The translations under genes and the position numbers were made by a program. This document shows, in pieces, positions 1 through 8,894 of a stretch of DNA of 59,242 bases. The DNA is from an uncultured Romboutsia sp. (GTDB lineage Bacteria > Bacillota > Clostridia > Peptostreptococcales > Peptostreptococcaceae), in NCBI GenBank assembly GCA_937907205.1, contig CALESE010000085.1:1-59242 (forward strand), in the 5' to 3' direction. Under the pieces are notes generated by a model, which saw only the letters and a list, made by a program, of their open reading frames with translations, had not been told where the DNA came from and did not search any database. Position 1 is the stretch's first letter. Every line of letters starts with the position of its first letter.

Positions 1-14
1 GTGGGAGTTTTATA

Positions 15-350
15 ATGAATATTTTTAGAGAATTATTTGGTGATGTTTATAAGAGTAAAATATTTTGGACTGTAATTATTGTTAAAGCATTATCTTCTTG
101 TATTGATAGTCTATTGTATTTTTTTGATATAAATATAAACTTAGGGGATACTATTAGTATATTACTTAATACATACTTATTGGTTTATATTCATATTTAT
201 ATTATTAAATCTCTAAAAGATAATAATCAAGAAACTAGAATTAGTTTAAAAACTTTTATATTTTCTAGTATATTAACTTGGTTTATTTTCTTTTATCTTA
301 CTTATTTAAATATAAATAACATAAAAAGCCGAAATGAATTTTTCAACTAA
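15..350 (+). CDS. Hypothetical membrane protein, possibly 3'-truncated
   Basis: GGGAG RBS; hydrophobic 111-aa ORF whose last ~10 codons run into the terminator hairpin. Confidence 0.45.
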   Translation: MNIFRELFGDVYKSKIFWTVIIVKALSSCIDSLLYFFDININLGDTISILLNTYLLVYIHIYIIKSLKDNNQETRISLKTFIFSSILTWFIFFYLTYLNINNIKSRNEFFN

Positions 351-368
351 AAATCATTTCGGCTTTTT
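323..368. terminator. Bidirectional intrinsic terminator
   Basis: AAAAAGCCGAAATGA...TCATTTCGGCTTTTT inverted repeat between convergent ORFs. Confidence 0.8.
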
Positions 369-869
369 TTAATCATTAATTGGTTTTTCTTTATGTGAAT
401 TTAATATTTTTCCACTTATTAAAAACTTTTTATATTCTAATCTAGAATATGTTCTAAACATTGATGATGCAACTAATACTCCAAGTGCTATAGATCCACT
501 TGCAAACATTACGTTTGAACCTATAGTCATTGCTTCTTGAAAATTATTTTGTATCATATAAAACATTGTATTATATAAACCAAGACCAGGTATTAAAGTA
601 ATTATTCCTGGTATAACAAACAATATTGTTGGTTTTTTGAATTTTCTAGATAATATTTCACACAATGTTGATGCTATAAAAGCAGCTATAAAATTAGAAA
701 ACATTGTATCAAAATTACTTCTCATTAAAAGTATATATATAGTCCATGATATCATACCCACTGATCCAGATATAAATAATGTTTTTCTAGGAGAGTTTAG
801 GAATACTGCAAATCCTACTGCTGCCAAAAATGAAAATACTATATGTATATAAAGTGGCATCCAAATCAT
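369..869 (-). CDS. Threonine/serine exporter family protein (ThrE_2, small subunit)
   Basis: Hydrophobic; PTILFVIPGIITLIPGLGLY motif; coupled to the upstream ThrE gene. Confidence 0.85.
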   Translation of the reverse strand: MIWMPLYIHIVFSFLAAVGFAVFLNSPRKTLFISGSVGMISWTIYILLMRSNFDTMFSNFIAAFIASTLCEILSRKFKKPTILFVIPGIITLIPGLGLYNTMFYMIQNNFQEAMTIGSNVMFASGSIALGVLVASSMFRTYSRLEYKKFLISGKILNSHKEKPIND

Positions 870-1669
870 TATAATGTACCTCCCATTTTTATATATACGT
901 TAATTATCATACCTACTCCTGCCGCTATTGATGTTGCAATCATTCCTGCATCAAATGCACGAGTTATCCCTGATACTAATTCTCCTGATATTAAATCTCT
1001 TACACCTTTTATGAATGGTACCCCTGGAAGTAAGGGCATTATTGAACCTACTATAAGCATTTTTGGTGTTTCAAGTATACCGATCTCAGTAAGTGCTACC
1101 CCAGCTATTGATATTATTATAGACGCTATTAATGTAGCAAATATTGATATACGACTTATTTTCATAACTTTATCATAGGTTACCATTGCTATTACTGATG
1201 TTATAAGAGTTAGCATAAATGTTATTAAATTATCTCCACCAGCTAATACAGCAAAACTAGAAGAACCTATTGCCGTAGCTATATTTACTGCTAATCTTGA
1301 ATATGGTGGTTTATACTCTGTATCATCATCTAGACTCTTTAACTCTTTTATTGCTTGTCCTATACTTATGTCAGTATTACTTACAAATCTTCTACTAAAA
1401 TCATTTAATAAATCTACTTTGTTTAAATTTATACATCTATTCTTTATTACTTTCATAAAAGAATATCCATCAAATCTATCATCAGATATTATTATTACAT
1501 TAGGTGTCAAAAATACGTTAATATGATAAAAACCTCTTGATTTACATATTCTTACAACACTATCTTCTACTCTATATGTCTCAGCTCCATTTGCAAGCAT
1601 TAATTCTCCAGCAAATATTGCTAGTCTTAGGACATCTTTTTTGTATTCATGTTTTTCTTTATATTTCAT
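869..1669 (-). CDS. Threonine/serine exporter family protein (ThrE)
   Basis: GAETYRVEDS and IMPLLPG motifs; AGGAGG RBS. Confidence 0.9.
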   Translation of the reverse strand: MKYKEKHEYKKDVLRLAIFAGELMLANGAETYRVEDSVVRICKSRGFYHINVFLTPNVIIISDDRFDGYSFMKVIKNRCINLNKVDLLNDFSRRFVSNTDISIGQAIKELKSLDDDTEYKPPYSRLAVNIATAIGSSSFAVLAGGDNLITFMLTLITSVIAMVTYDKVMKISRISIFATLIASIIISIAGVALTEIGILETPKMLIVGSIMPLLPGVPFIKGVRDLISGELVSGITRAFDAGMIATSIAAGVGMIINVYIKMGGTL

Positions 1670-1856
1670 AAATGCCCTCCTATATGGTTATTTTTAATTT
1701 AAATACATTATATAATTTTATCAAATATATAAAATATATCAATATAAAAATTATTACAATTATATATTGATATTATTTCCATTAAGTTTAATTTCATGGT
1801 ATGATTATTGTATAATTTAATTTAAATACATTATTTTAATAGTAGGGGGATTAAAA

Positions 1857-2678
1857 TTGAATAAATATATAAAATTGTCAAATGGATTAAATATGCCTAA
1901 AATAGGTTTTGGTACTTATAAAACAGGTAGTGATGAAGAAACAATAATATCTATTAAAGAAGCTCTTAATAATGGATATAGACAAATAGATACTGCTTCT
2001 TTTTATAATAATGAGGTTGGAATTGGTAAAGGTATAAAAGAAAGTAATGTTCCTAGAGAAGAAATATTTTTAGTAAGTAAAGTATGGAATGATGATCAAG
2101 GATATGAAAATACTATAAAATCATTCAATGAATCTTTAAAAAAATTGGATACAGATTACTTAGACTTATACTTAGTTCATTGGCCTACTAAATTAAATAA
2201 TGAAACATGGAAAGCTTTAGAGAGTTTATATAAAGAAGGTAAAGTAAAATCTATAGGGGTATGTAATTTTAAAGAAAATCATTTAGAAGATTTAATGAAA
2301 AATGCTGAGATAATGCCCATGGTAAATCAAATTGAAATACACCCTAAACGTACTCAAAAAGATATTATATCTTACTGTCATAAAAAAAACATACAGGTTG
2401 TAGCATGGGGGCCATTATCTAGAGGTAAGGTTTTATCTGAGCCTATTATGATTGAATTAGCTAATAAATATAATAAAGATATTGGCCAAATAATACTTAG
2501 ATGGCACATTCAAAATAATATAATCCCTATACCTAAATCAAGTAATCCTCAAAGGATAAAGTCAAATATTGATATATTTAATTTTGAATTAACTAAGGAA
2601 GATATGATAAAAATAGATTCTTTAAATAATGATGAATTTATATCAACTTGCCCAGAAGGAACTACATATTTTGAATAA
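1857..2678 (+). CDS. Aldo/keto reductase
   Basis: GFGTY, IDTASFY, DLYLVHWP, IGVCNF and IPKS motifs; TTG start after AGGGGG. Confidence 0.95.
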   Translation: MNKYIKLSNGLNMPKIGFGTYKTGSDEETIISIKEALNNGYRQIDTASFYNNEVGIGKGIKESNVPREEIFLVSKVWNDDQGYENTIKSFNESLKKLDTDYLDLYLVHWPTKLNNETWKALESLYKEGKVKSIGVCNFKENHLEDLMKNAEIMPMVNQIEIHPKRTQKDIISYCHKKNIQVVAWGPLSRGKVLSEPIMIELANKYNKDIGQIILRWHIQNNIIPIPKSSNPQRIKSNIDIFNFELTKEDMIKIDSLNNDEFISTCPEGTTYFE

Positions 2679-2689
2679 AAATTTCATTG

Positions 2690-2727
2690 AAGAAGCCTAC
2701 TTAAATTATTTTAAATAGGCTTTCTTT
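2690..2727. terminator. Intrinsic terminator
   Basis: AAGCCTA...TAGGCTT hairpin followed by a T-rich tract. Confidence 0.65.
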
Positions 2728-3083
2728 TAAAACCAGATTTTCCCTACTGGCATTACAAAAGTTACAAAAAATATAAAACTTTTTAGATTTAGTACTGAAC
2801 GTTTCAATACTGCTACTTCATAGTCTTCACTTATAATATCATATCTTTTTTCGTTAATAGCATATATAGTGACAAAGCTTATAAATATTAATAAAGCATT
2901 AGATAAAACACAAAGTAGAGCTATCTCTATTATATCCAATATATTAAAAAGGTCTGACTTATACAAAAGTATAGCTAAATAACTTGGTATTATTATCATA
3001 AATATCCATGTAACTATACTTACTATCTTTTTATATTCATCTTTCCTTGACATTGATAATATATTTCTAACAAATTTAGCCAT
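2727..3083 (-). CDS. Hypothetical membrane protein
   Basis: AAGGAGGGAG RBS before ATG 3083; about 3 hydrophobic segments. Confidence 0.6.
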   Translation of the reverse strand: MAKFVRNILSMSRKDEYKKIVSIVTWIFMIIIPSYLAILLYKSDLFNILDIIEIALLCVLSNALLIFISFVTIYAINEKRYDIISEDYEVAVLKRSVLNLKSFIFFVTFVMPVGKIWF

Positions 3084-3147
3084 AACATCACTCCCTCCTT
3101 TATATATTACCAAATTTTCACAATATAAAATAGATTAAATATAATAA

Positions 3148-3247
3148 TTATAATGGACCATTTAGACCTTCTCCATACCTATCTTCGTAAGCATTTATAC
3201 TTTTTTTAGTTTTCTAGTACATATAGATAGAGCTTCTGATTGAAAAT
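3148..3247 (-). pseudogene. Possible 3' remnant of an unidentified gene
   Basis: GC-richer patch reading ...SINAYEDRYGEGLNGPL* with an in-frame TAG upstream; no RBS-supported start. Confidence 0.25.
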
Positions 3248-3311
3248 TAAATAAATACAATTACAATAAATATTACAATTGATGTTATATTTTAATAATT
3301 TTATGGTTTTT

Positions 3312-3318
3312 TTCGACA
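3312..3318 (-). promoter_or_regulatory. Spo0A box (TGTCGAA)
   Basis: TTCGACA on +, a perfect TGNCGAA match, just upstream of a TGnTATTAT extended -10 of the hydrolase gene. Confidence 0.35.
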
Positions 3319-3378
3319 AGATATGATATTATACTATCAAGTAATAATACTAGATATTATATTTTAAAGGAGAACTAT

Positions 3379-4311
3379 ATGAAAAAAAAATATATTATTG
3401 CTCTATTAATAATATTATCGCTTTTTAGTGCTGGATTATTATTTGTAGGGAATTATTTTTACAATTTAGCTATAAATCCTTATACATCAAAAGATTCAAT
3501 ATTTGGTGAAGATGATGATAGTGGATTAGAAGTAAAAGAAGATACTCAATGGCTAGAAAAAAAATCAGGATATGAAGATGTTTACTTAACTTCATTTGAT
3601 AATCTTAAACTACATGGATATAAAGTAATAAATGAAAATAAAACTAATAAGTGGGCTGTCGTTGTTCATGGGTATACTAGTGAAGGTAAATTAGTTAGTT
3701 CAAAGGCAAAACATTTATATGATATGGGATATAATATATTAGTTCCAGATTTAAGATCTCATGGTCAAAGTGAAGGTGAATATATTGCTATGGGATGGGA
3801 TGATAGATTAGATATTATAGATTGGGTTAACTCAATCATAGACTCTGATAAAGATGCCGAAATAATATTACATGGTACTTCAATGGGTGCTGCAACAGTC
3901 CTTATGGTTTCAGGAGAAAAACTTCCTTCTAATGTTAAATCTATTGTTGCAGACTGTGGATATACATCAGTTTGGGATGAGTTTACTCACCAATTAAAAG
4001 CATTATATAACTTGCCATCATTCCCTGTTTTAAATGCATCTAGTATTGTAACAAAATTCAAAGCTGGATATTGGCTAGGTGAAGCTTCTACTTTAGAACA
4101 AGTAAAAAAATCTGAAACACCTATATTATATATTCATGGAGATAAAGATGATTTTGTTCCATACTATATGATGGATGAATTATATGAAAACACTAAGTCA
4201 GAAAAGGAAAAACTTACTATAAAAGATGCAGGTCACGCTGAAGGTGACTTAGTAGATCCAAAGCTTTACTGGTCTACTGTAGAAAACTTCTTAAATAAAT
4301 ATGTTAAATAA
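3379..4311 (+). CDS. Membrane-anchored alpha/beta hydrolase (YqkD-like)
   Basis: N-terminal TM; HGY, GTSMG nucleophile elbow, HGDKDDFVP, GH. Confidence 0.92.
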   Translation: MKKKYIIALLIILSLFSAGLLFVGNYFYNLAINPYTSKDSIFGEDDDSGLEVKEDTQWLEKKSGYEDVYLTSFDNLKLHGYKVINENKTNKWAVVVHGYTSEGKLVSSKAKHLYDMGYNILVPDLRSHGQSEGEYIAMGWDDRLDIIDWVNSIIDSDKDAEIILHGTSMGAATVLMVSGEKLPSNVKSIVADCGYTSVWDEFTHQLKALYNLPSFPVLNASSIVTKFKAGYWLGEASTLEQVKKSETPILYIHGDKDDFVPYYMMDELYENTKSEKEKLTIKDAGHAEGDLVDPKLYWSTVENFLNKYVK

Positions 4312-4341
4312 GGTTGCCTCTATTGGCAACCTTATTTATTT
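4306..4341 (+). terminator. Intrinsic terminator
   Basis: AAATAAGGTTGCC-TCTATT-GGCAACCTTATTT. Confidence 0.8.
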
Positions 4342-4439
4342 TGTGTATCTATTGTAGTTATTAATGAAATATCTCTTATTTCATGGTATACTATTAAAAA
4401 TATAATATTACAAAAGTATATTTTGATAATTAATCGGAG

Positions 4440-6047
4440 GTGTTTAATATTAATAATAAAAATATACAAAATATAAAAAAATCTTCAGATGCATTATGCA
4501 AAGAAAACTTATCTACTCATATTGTAATAACTGTAGTTATTACATTATTAACTATGATATTTGAAAAACTTCTAAATATAGATCATCACTATAATGTTTA
4601 TCCTGTATCTCAAGAGGCCATATTTTTTATGTTTCAACACTTTATTATGTCATTTATTGTTACAACAAGTATGAGGAATCATCACCTAAGTGCAAAAGAA
4701 GTGTTCTTAGAGTTCAAGTCAAGATTTAGAGAAATCACTTTAACTGGTCTGGTAATATCAATATTATCTTATGTATTGTTATTATCTATCTATCATTTAT
4801 CTAAAATACTTAATTTACTATTATACTTAATTACGTCAGCATTTGATATGCCATATTTAAATAATATGATAGAATTTACAGTTATCACTGGCTCTTATTT
4901 AGTATCTATTGTTATATATACTTTAGTTCCTGTTATATCAGCTTGCATTCTTTCAAAAGATGCAGACCATGAATTAAATGTACTTGGAGTATTTCGTGAA
5001 TGCTTTTTATTAATAGAAAGAAAACTTATAAAGTATGTTTTTTATTTTATTTCAAGTAGATTAATAATATTTTCTGGACTTAAATTCCTATTAGAATATA
5101 TATCAACAGATTCTTCTTTTGTCGTTGAGATACTTTTATCAGCTCCTATTACGATGCTTGAAATATTAGCTGAAATATACATACTAAACTTCTTTATGTA
5201 TATTGGAGATAAACATATGACTGATATATCTATTGAAACTATAACAGAATATACACATTCTAAAACTGAACTATCATCTATTTTTAAGAAGAATTATAAA
5301 AAAATTGGTCTTAAAGCTTTATATATATCATTAATATATATAGTAATATTTGCTACACTTAAATATATTGTATTTTTATTTTTAAAAGTTGATGCCTTAT
5401 TTAAAGATATTTTAAGTGTAATTTTAGATGTTATTGAATTTGGATTAATACTTAGAGCTACTCATAAAACAATAAAAAATCCTAATGATAGTATAAAAGA
5501 TATACTTATAATGAATAAAAAAAGTGTACTATATATATTACCAGTGTCTATATTTGTAGCAGTTTTATCTTTATTAGTATTTAAGCCTATATTTATTTTG
5601 TCTACAAATAAGGTTATGAATTTTGATTTTATGCTTGCTTCTCCCATATTTATGATAATAGCTGTTCTTCTTTGGTTGGTTATTGCTATAAGCGTGATAA
5701 TTTCCTTAGAGGTAGTAATTATATCTATATATGGTATGGAGATAGATAGACATGAAAATTTAAACCCAATAACTGAGCTACTAAGAAGTTCAAAGGGATT
5801 GTCTGGATATAAAACAAGATTTTTAAAGTTTATGTTTATAACTACAATAGATATTATTATAGTAATAATGTTTTTAGAGTATGTATCTTTGTATATGGCT
5901 AATGGTTGGTTGGTTCCTGTAATAGATTCTCTTCAATTTATAGCTAAGGCTGAGTTTATATCTAAATTAGCTATATGTATATTGGTCTTTGTTCCAAGAA
6001 GGCTTGATAGATATGTTAATAAGGAAAACCAAATATTATTTGAATAA
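4440..6047 (+). CDS. Multi-pass membrane protein with two DUF975-like halves; start uncertain
   Basis: Long hydrophobic ORF; related motifs HELNVLGVFRECFLLIERK and ENLNPITELLRSSKGLSGYKTRF. Confidence 0.65.
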   Translation: MFNINNKNIQNIKKSSDALCKENLSTHIVITVVITLLTMIFEKLLNIDHHYNVYPVSQEAIFFMFQHFIMSFIVTTSMRNHHLSAKEVFLEFKSRFREITLTGLVISILSYVLLLSIYHLSKILNLLLYLITSAFDMPYLNNMIEFTVITGSYLVSIVIYTLVPVISACILSKDADHELNVLGVFRECFLLIERKLIKYVFYFISSRLIIFSGLKFLLEYISTDSSFVVEILLSAPITMLEILAEIYILNFFMYIGDKHMTDISIETITEYTHSKTELSSIFKKNYKKIGLKALYISLIYIVIFATLKYIVFLFLKVDALFKDILSVILDVIEFGLILRATHKTIKNPNDSIKDILIMNKKSVLYILPVSIFVAVLSLLVFKPIFILSTNKVMNFDFMLASPIFMIIAVLLWLVIAISVIISLEVVIISIYGMEIDRHENLNPITELLRSSKGLSGYKTRFLKFMFITTIDIIIVIMFLEYVSLYMANGWLVPVIDSLQFIAKAEFISKLAICILVFVPRRLDRYVNKENQILFE

Positions 6048-6072
6048 ATTAATTAAAAAAGTATTATTTATT

Positions 6073-6110
6073 AAGAGTTAGTATTTATAAATTTGTAAAT
6101 ACTAACTCTT
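6073..6110. terminator. Intrinsic terminator
   Basis: AAGAGTTAGTATTTA-N8-TAAATACTAACTCTT. Confidence 0.75.
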
Positions 6111-6340
6111 TAATTTTAGATAAGGCAGTAATTTGTGCAACTAAAATTAATACTAACCAAAAACTTAAAAATACTTTATATTTTGTATAATTTCTTCTAT
6201 TTATTGTTAGAAGAGTTTCAAAACAATATAGAAAATAAAAAGTATCTCAACAGACTCATTTAGAAGAAGCTGCTATTTTCTAAAACATAAAAAAATTTAA
6301 AGACTCTATTCCTTCTAATTATAAAAACTACGAGTATTTA
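6085..6340 (-). pseudogene. Possible degraded membrane-protein gene
   Basis: One frame reads EGIESLNFFMF*KIAASSK*VC*DTFYFLYCFETLLTINRRNYTKYKVFLSFWLVLILVAQITALS with in-frame stops. Confidence 0.3.
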
Positions 6341-6364
6341 ATTAAAAATAAATTAGTAATAAAT

Positions 6365-6393
6365 AGAGGGTGTAGTTAAAAACGACACCCTCT
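6365..6393. terminator. Intrinsic terminator
   Basis: AGAGGGTGT...ACACCCTCT hairpin downstream of the 6444-6761 gene. Confidence 0.7.
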
Positions 6394-6443
6394 TTACTTT
6401 ATATAATAGCTTATGGTACTACATTTTTATAAACTACCATTCT

Positions 6444-6761
6444 CTAAATTTGAGATTTATTTCCATTACATACCATATATGTAATAATATTAAGTACAAT
6501 AGCTATAAGAAGTACTGCTGAAACATTTGATACATTACCTAATGTATCCATCATTGCTGTGAAATCTTCTATATTTACTAAATGATTAGCATAAAATATT
6601 TGCATACATAAAGAAATAGCACATGAACTTATACTAATTCCTGAAATCACCCCTAAATTATTACTAACATAATTATCTTGTCTCATAAAAGTTATAATAG
6701 GAATTATCAATGCAATCAATCCAAATAGTAAGCTCCCTATATTTAACCAACCATATTCCAT
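6444..6761 (-). CDS. Small hypothetical membrane protein (3 TM)
   Basis: GGGGG RBS before ATG 6761; GWLNIGSLLFGLIALIIP N-terminus. Confidence 0.75.
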   Translation of the reverse strand: MEYGWLNIGSLLFGLIALIIPIITFMRQDNYVSNNLGVISGISISSCAISLCMQIFYANHLVNIEDFTAMMDTLGNVSNVSAVLLIAIVLNIITYMVCNGNKSQI

Positions 6762-7089
6762 AATAATAACCCCCATTCATATATAATTTAAATATTAGTT
6801 TTTATAATTTAATACACCATATTCAATTATTTTCAAATTTATATTTTTTCATATCATATATTATTCTTTTTTTAATACAAATATTTAAACATGGTTTTAC
6901 ATTATATAACAATGATTAACTTTAATTATATTATATTGCATTCCAGTAAACTTTTCAACTTCTATAAGTTGTTAATTAGTTTGCTTTTTGCAAATTAACT
7001 TATATAACTATTGTTAGTTTTCTCTTTTGTTAAAATTTATATAAAATAATGACACTTACATGTATAATATATTTCATGGGGTGATTATA

Positions 7090-7437
7090 TTGAAATTCTC
7101 TAATATTGATTTAAAGGTAAAAATTTATGTTGTAGTTTCAATAATTCTAATATTTAAGCTTATAACTAATCATTATTTTATACTTGATGTTCATGCTACA
7201 CATACTTTTGATTTATTTATAACTTTTATTGTTATTCAAATTGTGATTATATATTTAAAAAAATCAATTAACTATTTTTATAAAAAGTATCTATGTCTTA
7301 TATCACTTGGTATGTGGATTTATTTTATATTATTTGCCTTTTTATAATTTAGAAATATTGTTTATGATATAATTATTCTATTCTATTGCCATTTTGAAAT
7401 ATATTATCTAAAAAATGTTATTCATTTTCTTAAGTAA
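7090..7437 (+). pseudogene. Small membrane protein gene with probable premature stop at 7345-7347
   Basis: GGGGTG RBS and TTG start; frame stays open 29 codons past TAA 7347 to TAA 7437, just before a terminator. Confidence 0.45.
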
Positions 7438-7440
7438 TAT

Positions 7441-7487
7441 ATAAAAAATACGCTTCTATAAATATTTTTAAGAAGCGTATTTTTTAT
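7441..7487. terminator. Bidirectional intrinsic terminator
   Basis: ATAAAAAATACGCTTCT...AGAAGCGTATTTTTTAT. Confidence 0.85.
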
Positions 7488-7592
7488 AATTAACATATTT
7501 TCCATAATCTAATTTAATTATATAACTTTTGGAAAGAATACACACTTTATTTTAAAGAGATTCTACTGAATACATGAATTAGCTTTTATCAT

Positions 7593-8876
7593 CTATTTTA
7601 TAACCTTCTTATTATAAATTCCCTCAAGACCTGCATCCTTTACTCTACTTCTAATCGTATCAACATTAATAGTATAAAAACCAATTTCTTTCATTCTATT
7701 AAAATAACTACTACCAGCAAAAGTAAATCTCAATTTCTCTCCATCACGCTTATGCATCTCTATATTTGAATAAGCAATAAAATCACCTATCAATAAATTA
7801 GTAGGAAGTTGTAATAAATACATACCAACTGCACTTCTAGCAGCATTGTGTCCAGCTAAACTACCTGTGCATATCGCTTCTGTATGACCAACATAAAATC
7901 CTGATTTTTCCCCTCCAACAAATAAGTTTCTCATACCTTTAGCTCTCATATAATTATCTCTCGGAGCAACTGCCATATATCTTATAGAGTTACCTTTACC
8001 ACCAGAATAAGGATCTACTATCAAAGCTTTTTTAAACCCTGGAACTAATCTTAGTTTTTCAAGATTAAAAAACGGAGTCATAAGTTTTGCATGACCTGTA
8101 TCAATTAATACAATATTTTCAGCAAATGCAGGAAGTGCATATTGTTGACAGACCTTTATATCTAATTTCTTTTCATTTCTAAGTTCCTGAGGAAGAGGTA
8201 TTACTGCACATCCTTTTTCATTTAATTCATTTTGTATTTCTTCACTTAAAGATTCTTTTAATAATTTCATAGAACCACTAAATGCTCCATAATCTCCATC
8301 AGCCCTTTTACCTATCATATCTTCAACACCACATTTAGCTGTAACACTTACTCTTCCACCAAAAGATGGACATCTTAAAACACACATTGCACACCCATTA
8401 CCATATTTTTCACAGTTACCCATAGGACCTGATGAACCTGTAGTATCTACAAATGCATCCCCTTCTACTCTTTCTCCGCTTTCAAGTATAACTGCTTTTA
8501 ATTTATCTTCTTCACAGTCAACATCTACCACCCTACTTATAAATCTTACCTCTATACCCATATTTATTATTAACTTTCTAACTGGTTGTTCTATCTTAGT
8601 TACATTATAAATAGTTGCATGATCATGTCCTGGAAAATCCATATTTACATGAGTTGCATTTTCATCAGTTAATGTAAATAGTTCGCTAGCTCCTAGTGCC
8701 ATAGCTTCTTCACAAGCTGTAAATCTTCCGTTATTTCTCATTATACCACCAACATTGCCAAGACCTACTAATAAATCTGTTTTTTCAAGTATTACAACAT
8801 CAGCTCCGGCTTTTTTAGCACTTATTGCAGCAGCACAACCTGCCCATCCTCCTCCAATAACAACAACTTTTGCCAT
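7593..8876 (-). CDS. FAD-dependent oxidoreductase, GidA/MnmG/TrmFO-like, with Cys cluster
   Basis: VVVIGGGWAGCAAA Rossmann motif; CEKYGNGCAMCVLRC; LFVGGEKSGFYVGHTEA resembles the GidA-family GQxxG..GYxEA motif. Confidence 0.8.
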   Translation of the reverse strand: MAKVVVIGGGWAGCAAAISAKKAGADVVILEKTDLLVGLGNVGGIMRNNGRFTACEEAMALGASELFTLTDENATHVNMDFPGHDHATIYNVTKIEQPVRKLIINMGIEVRFISRVVDVDCEEDKLKAVILESGERVEGDAFVDTTGSSGPMGNCEKYGNGCAMCVLRCPSFGGRVSVTAKCGVEDMIGKRADGDYGAFSGSMKLLKESLSEEIQNELNEKGCAVIPLPQELRNEKKLDIKVCQQYALPAFAENIVLIDTGHAKLMTPFFNLEKLRLVPGFKKALIVDPYSGGKGNSIRYMAVAPRDNYMRAKGMRNLFVGGEKSGFYVGHTEAICTGSLAGHNAARSAVGMYLLQLPTNLLIGDFIAYSNIEMHKRDGEKLRFTFAGSSYFNRMKEIGFYTINVDTIRSRVKDAGLEGIYNKKVIK

Positions 8877-8894
8877 ATAAATACCCCCTTAAAA

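Noticed and set aside
3260..3277. TGTAAT direct repeat resembling a WalR/OmpR box
   Set aside because: Spacer is 6 nt rather than 5, and the motif is common in AT-rich DNA
6925..7030. Minus-frame ...NNL*KLKSLLE resembling an SRPBCC C-terminus
   Set aside because: Too short, with several stops; not distinguishable from chance
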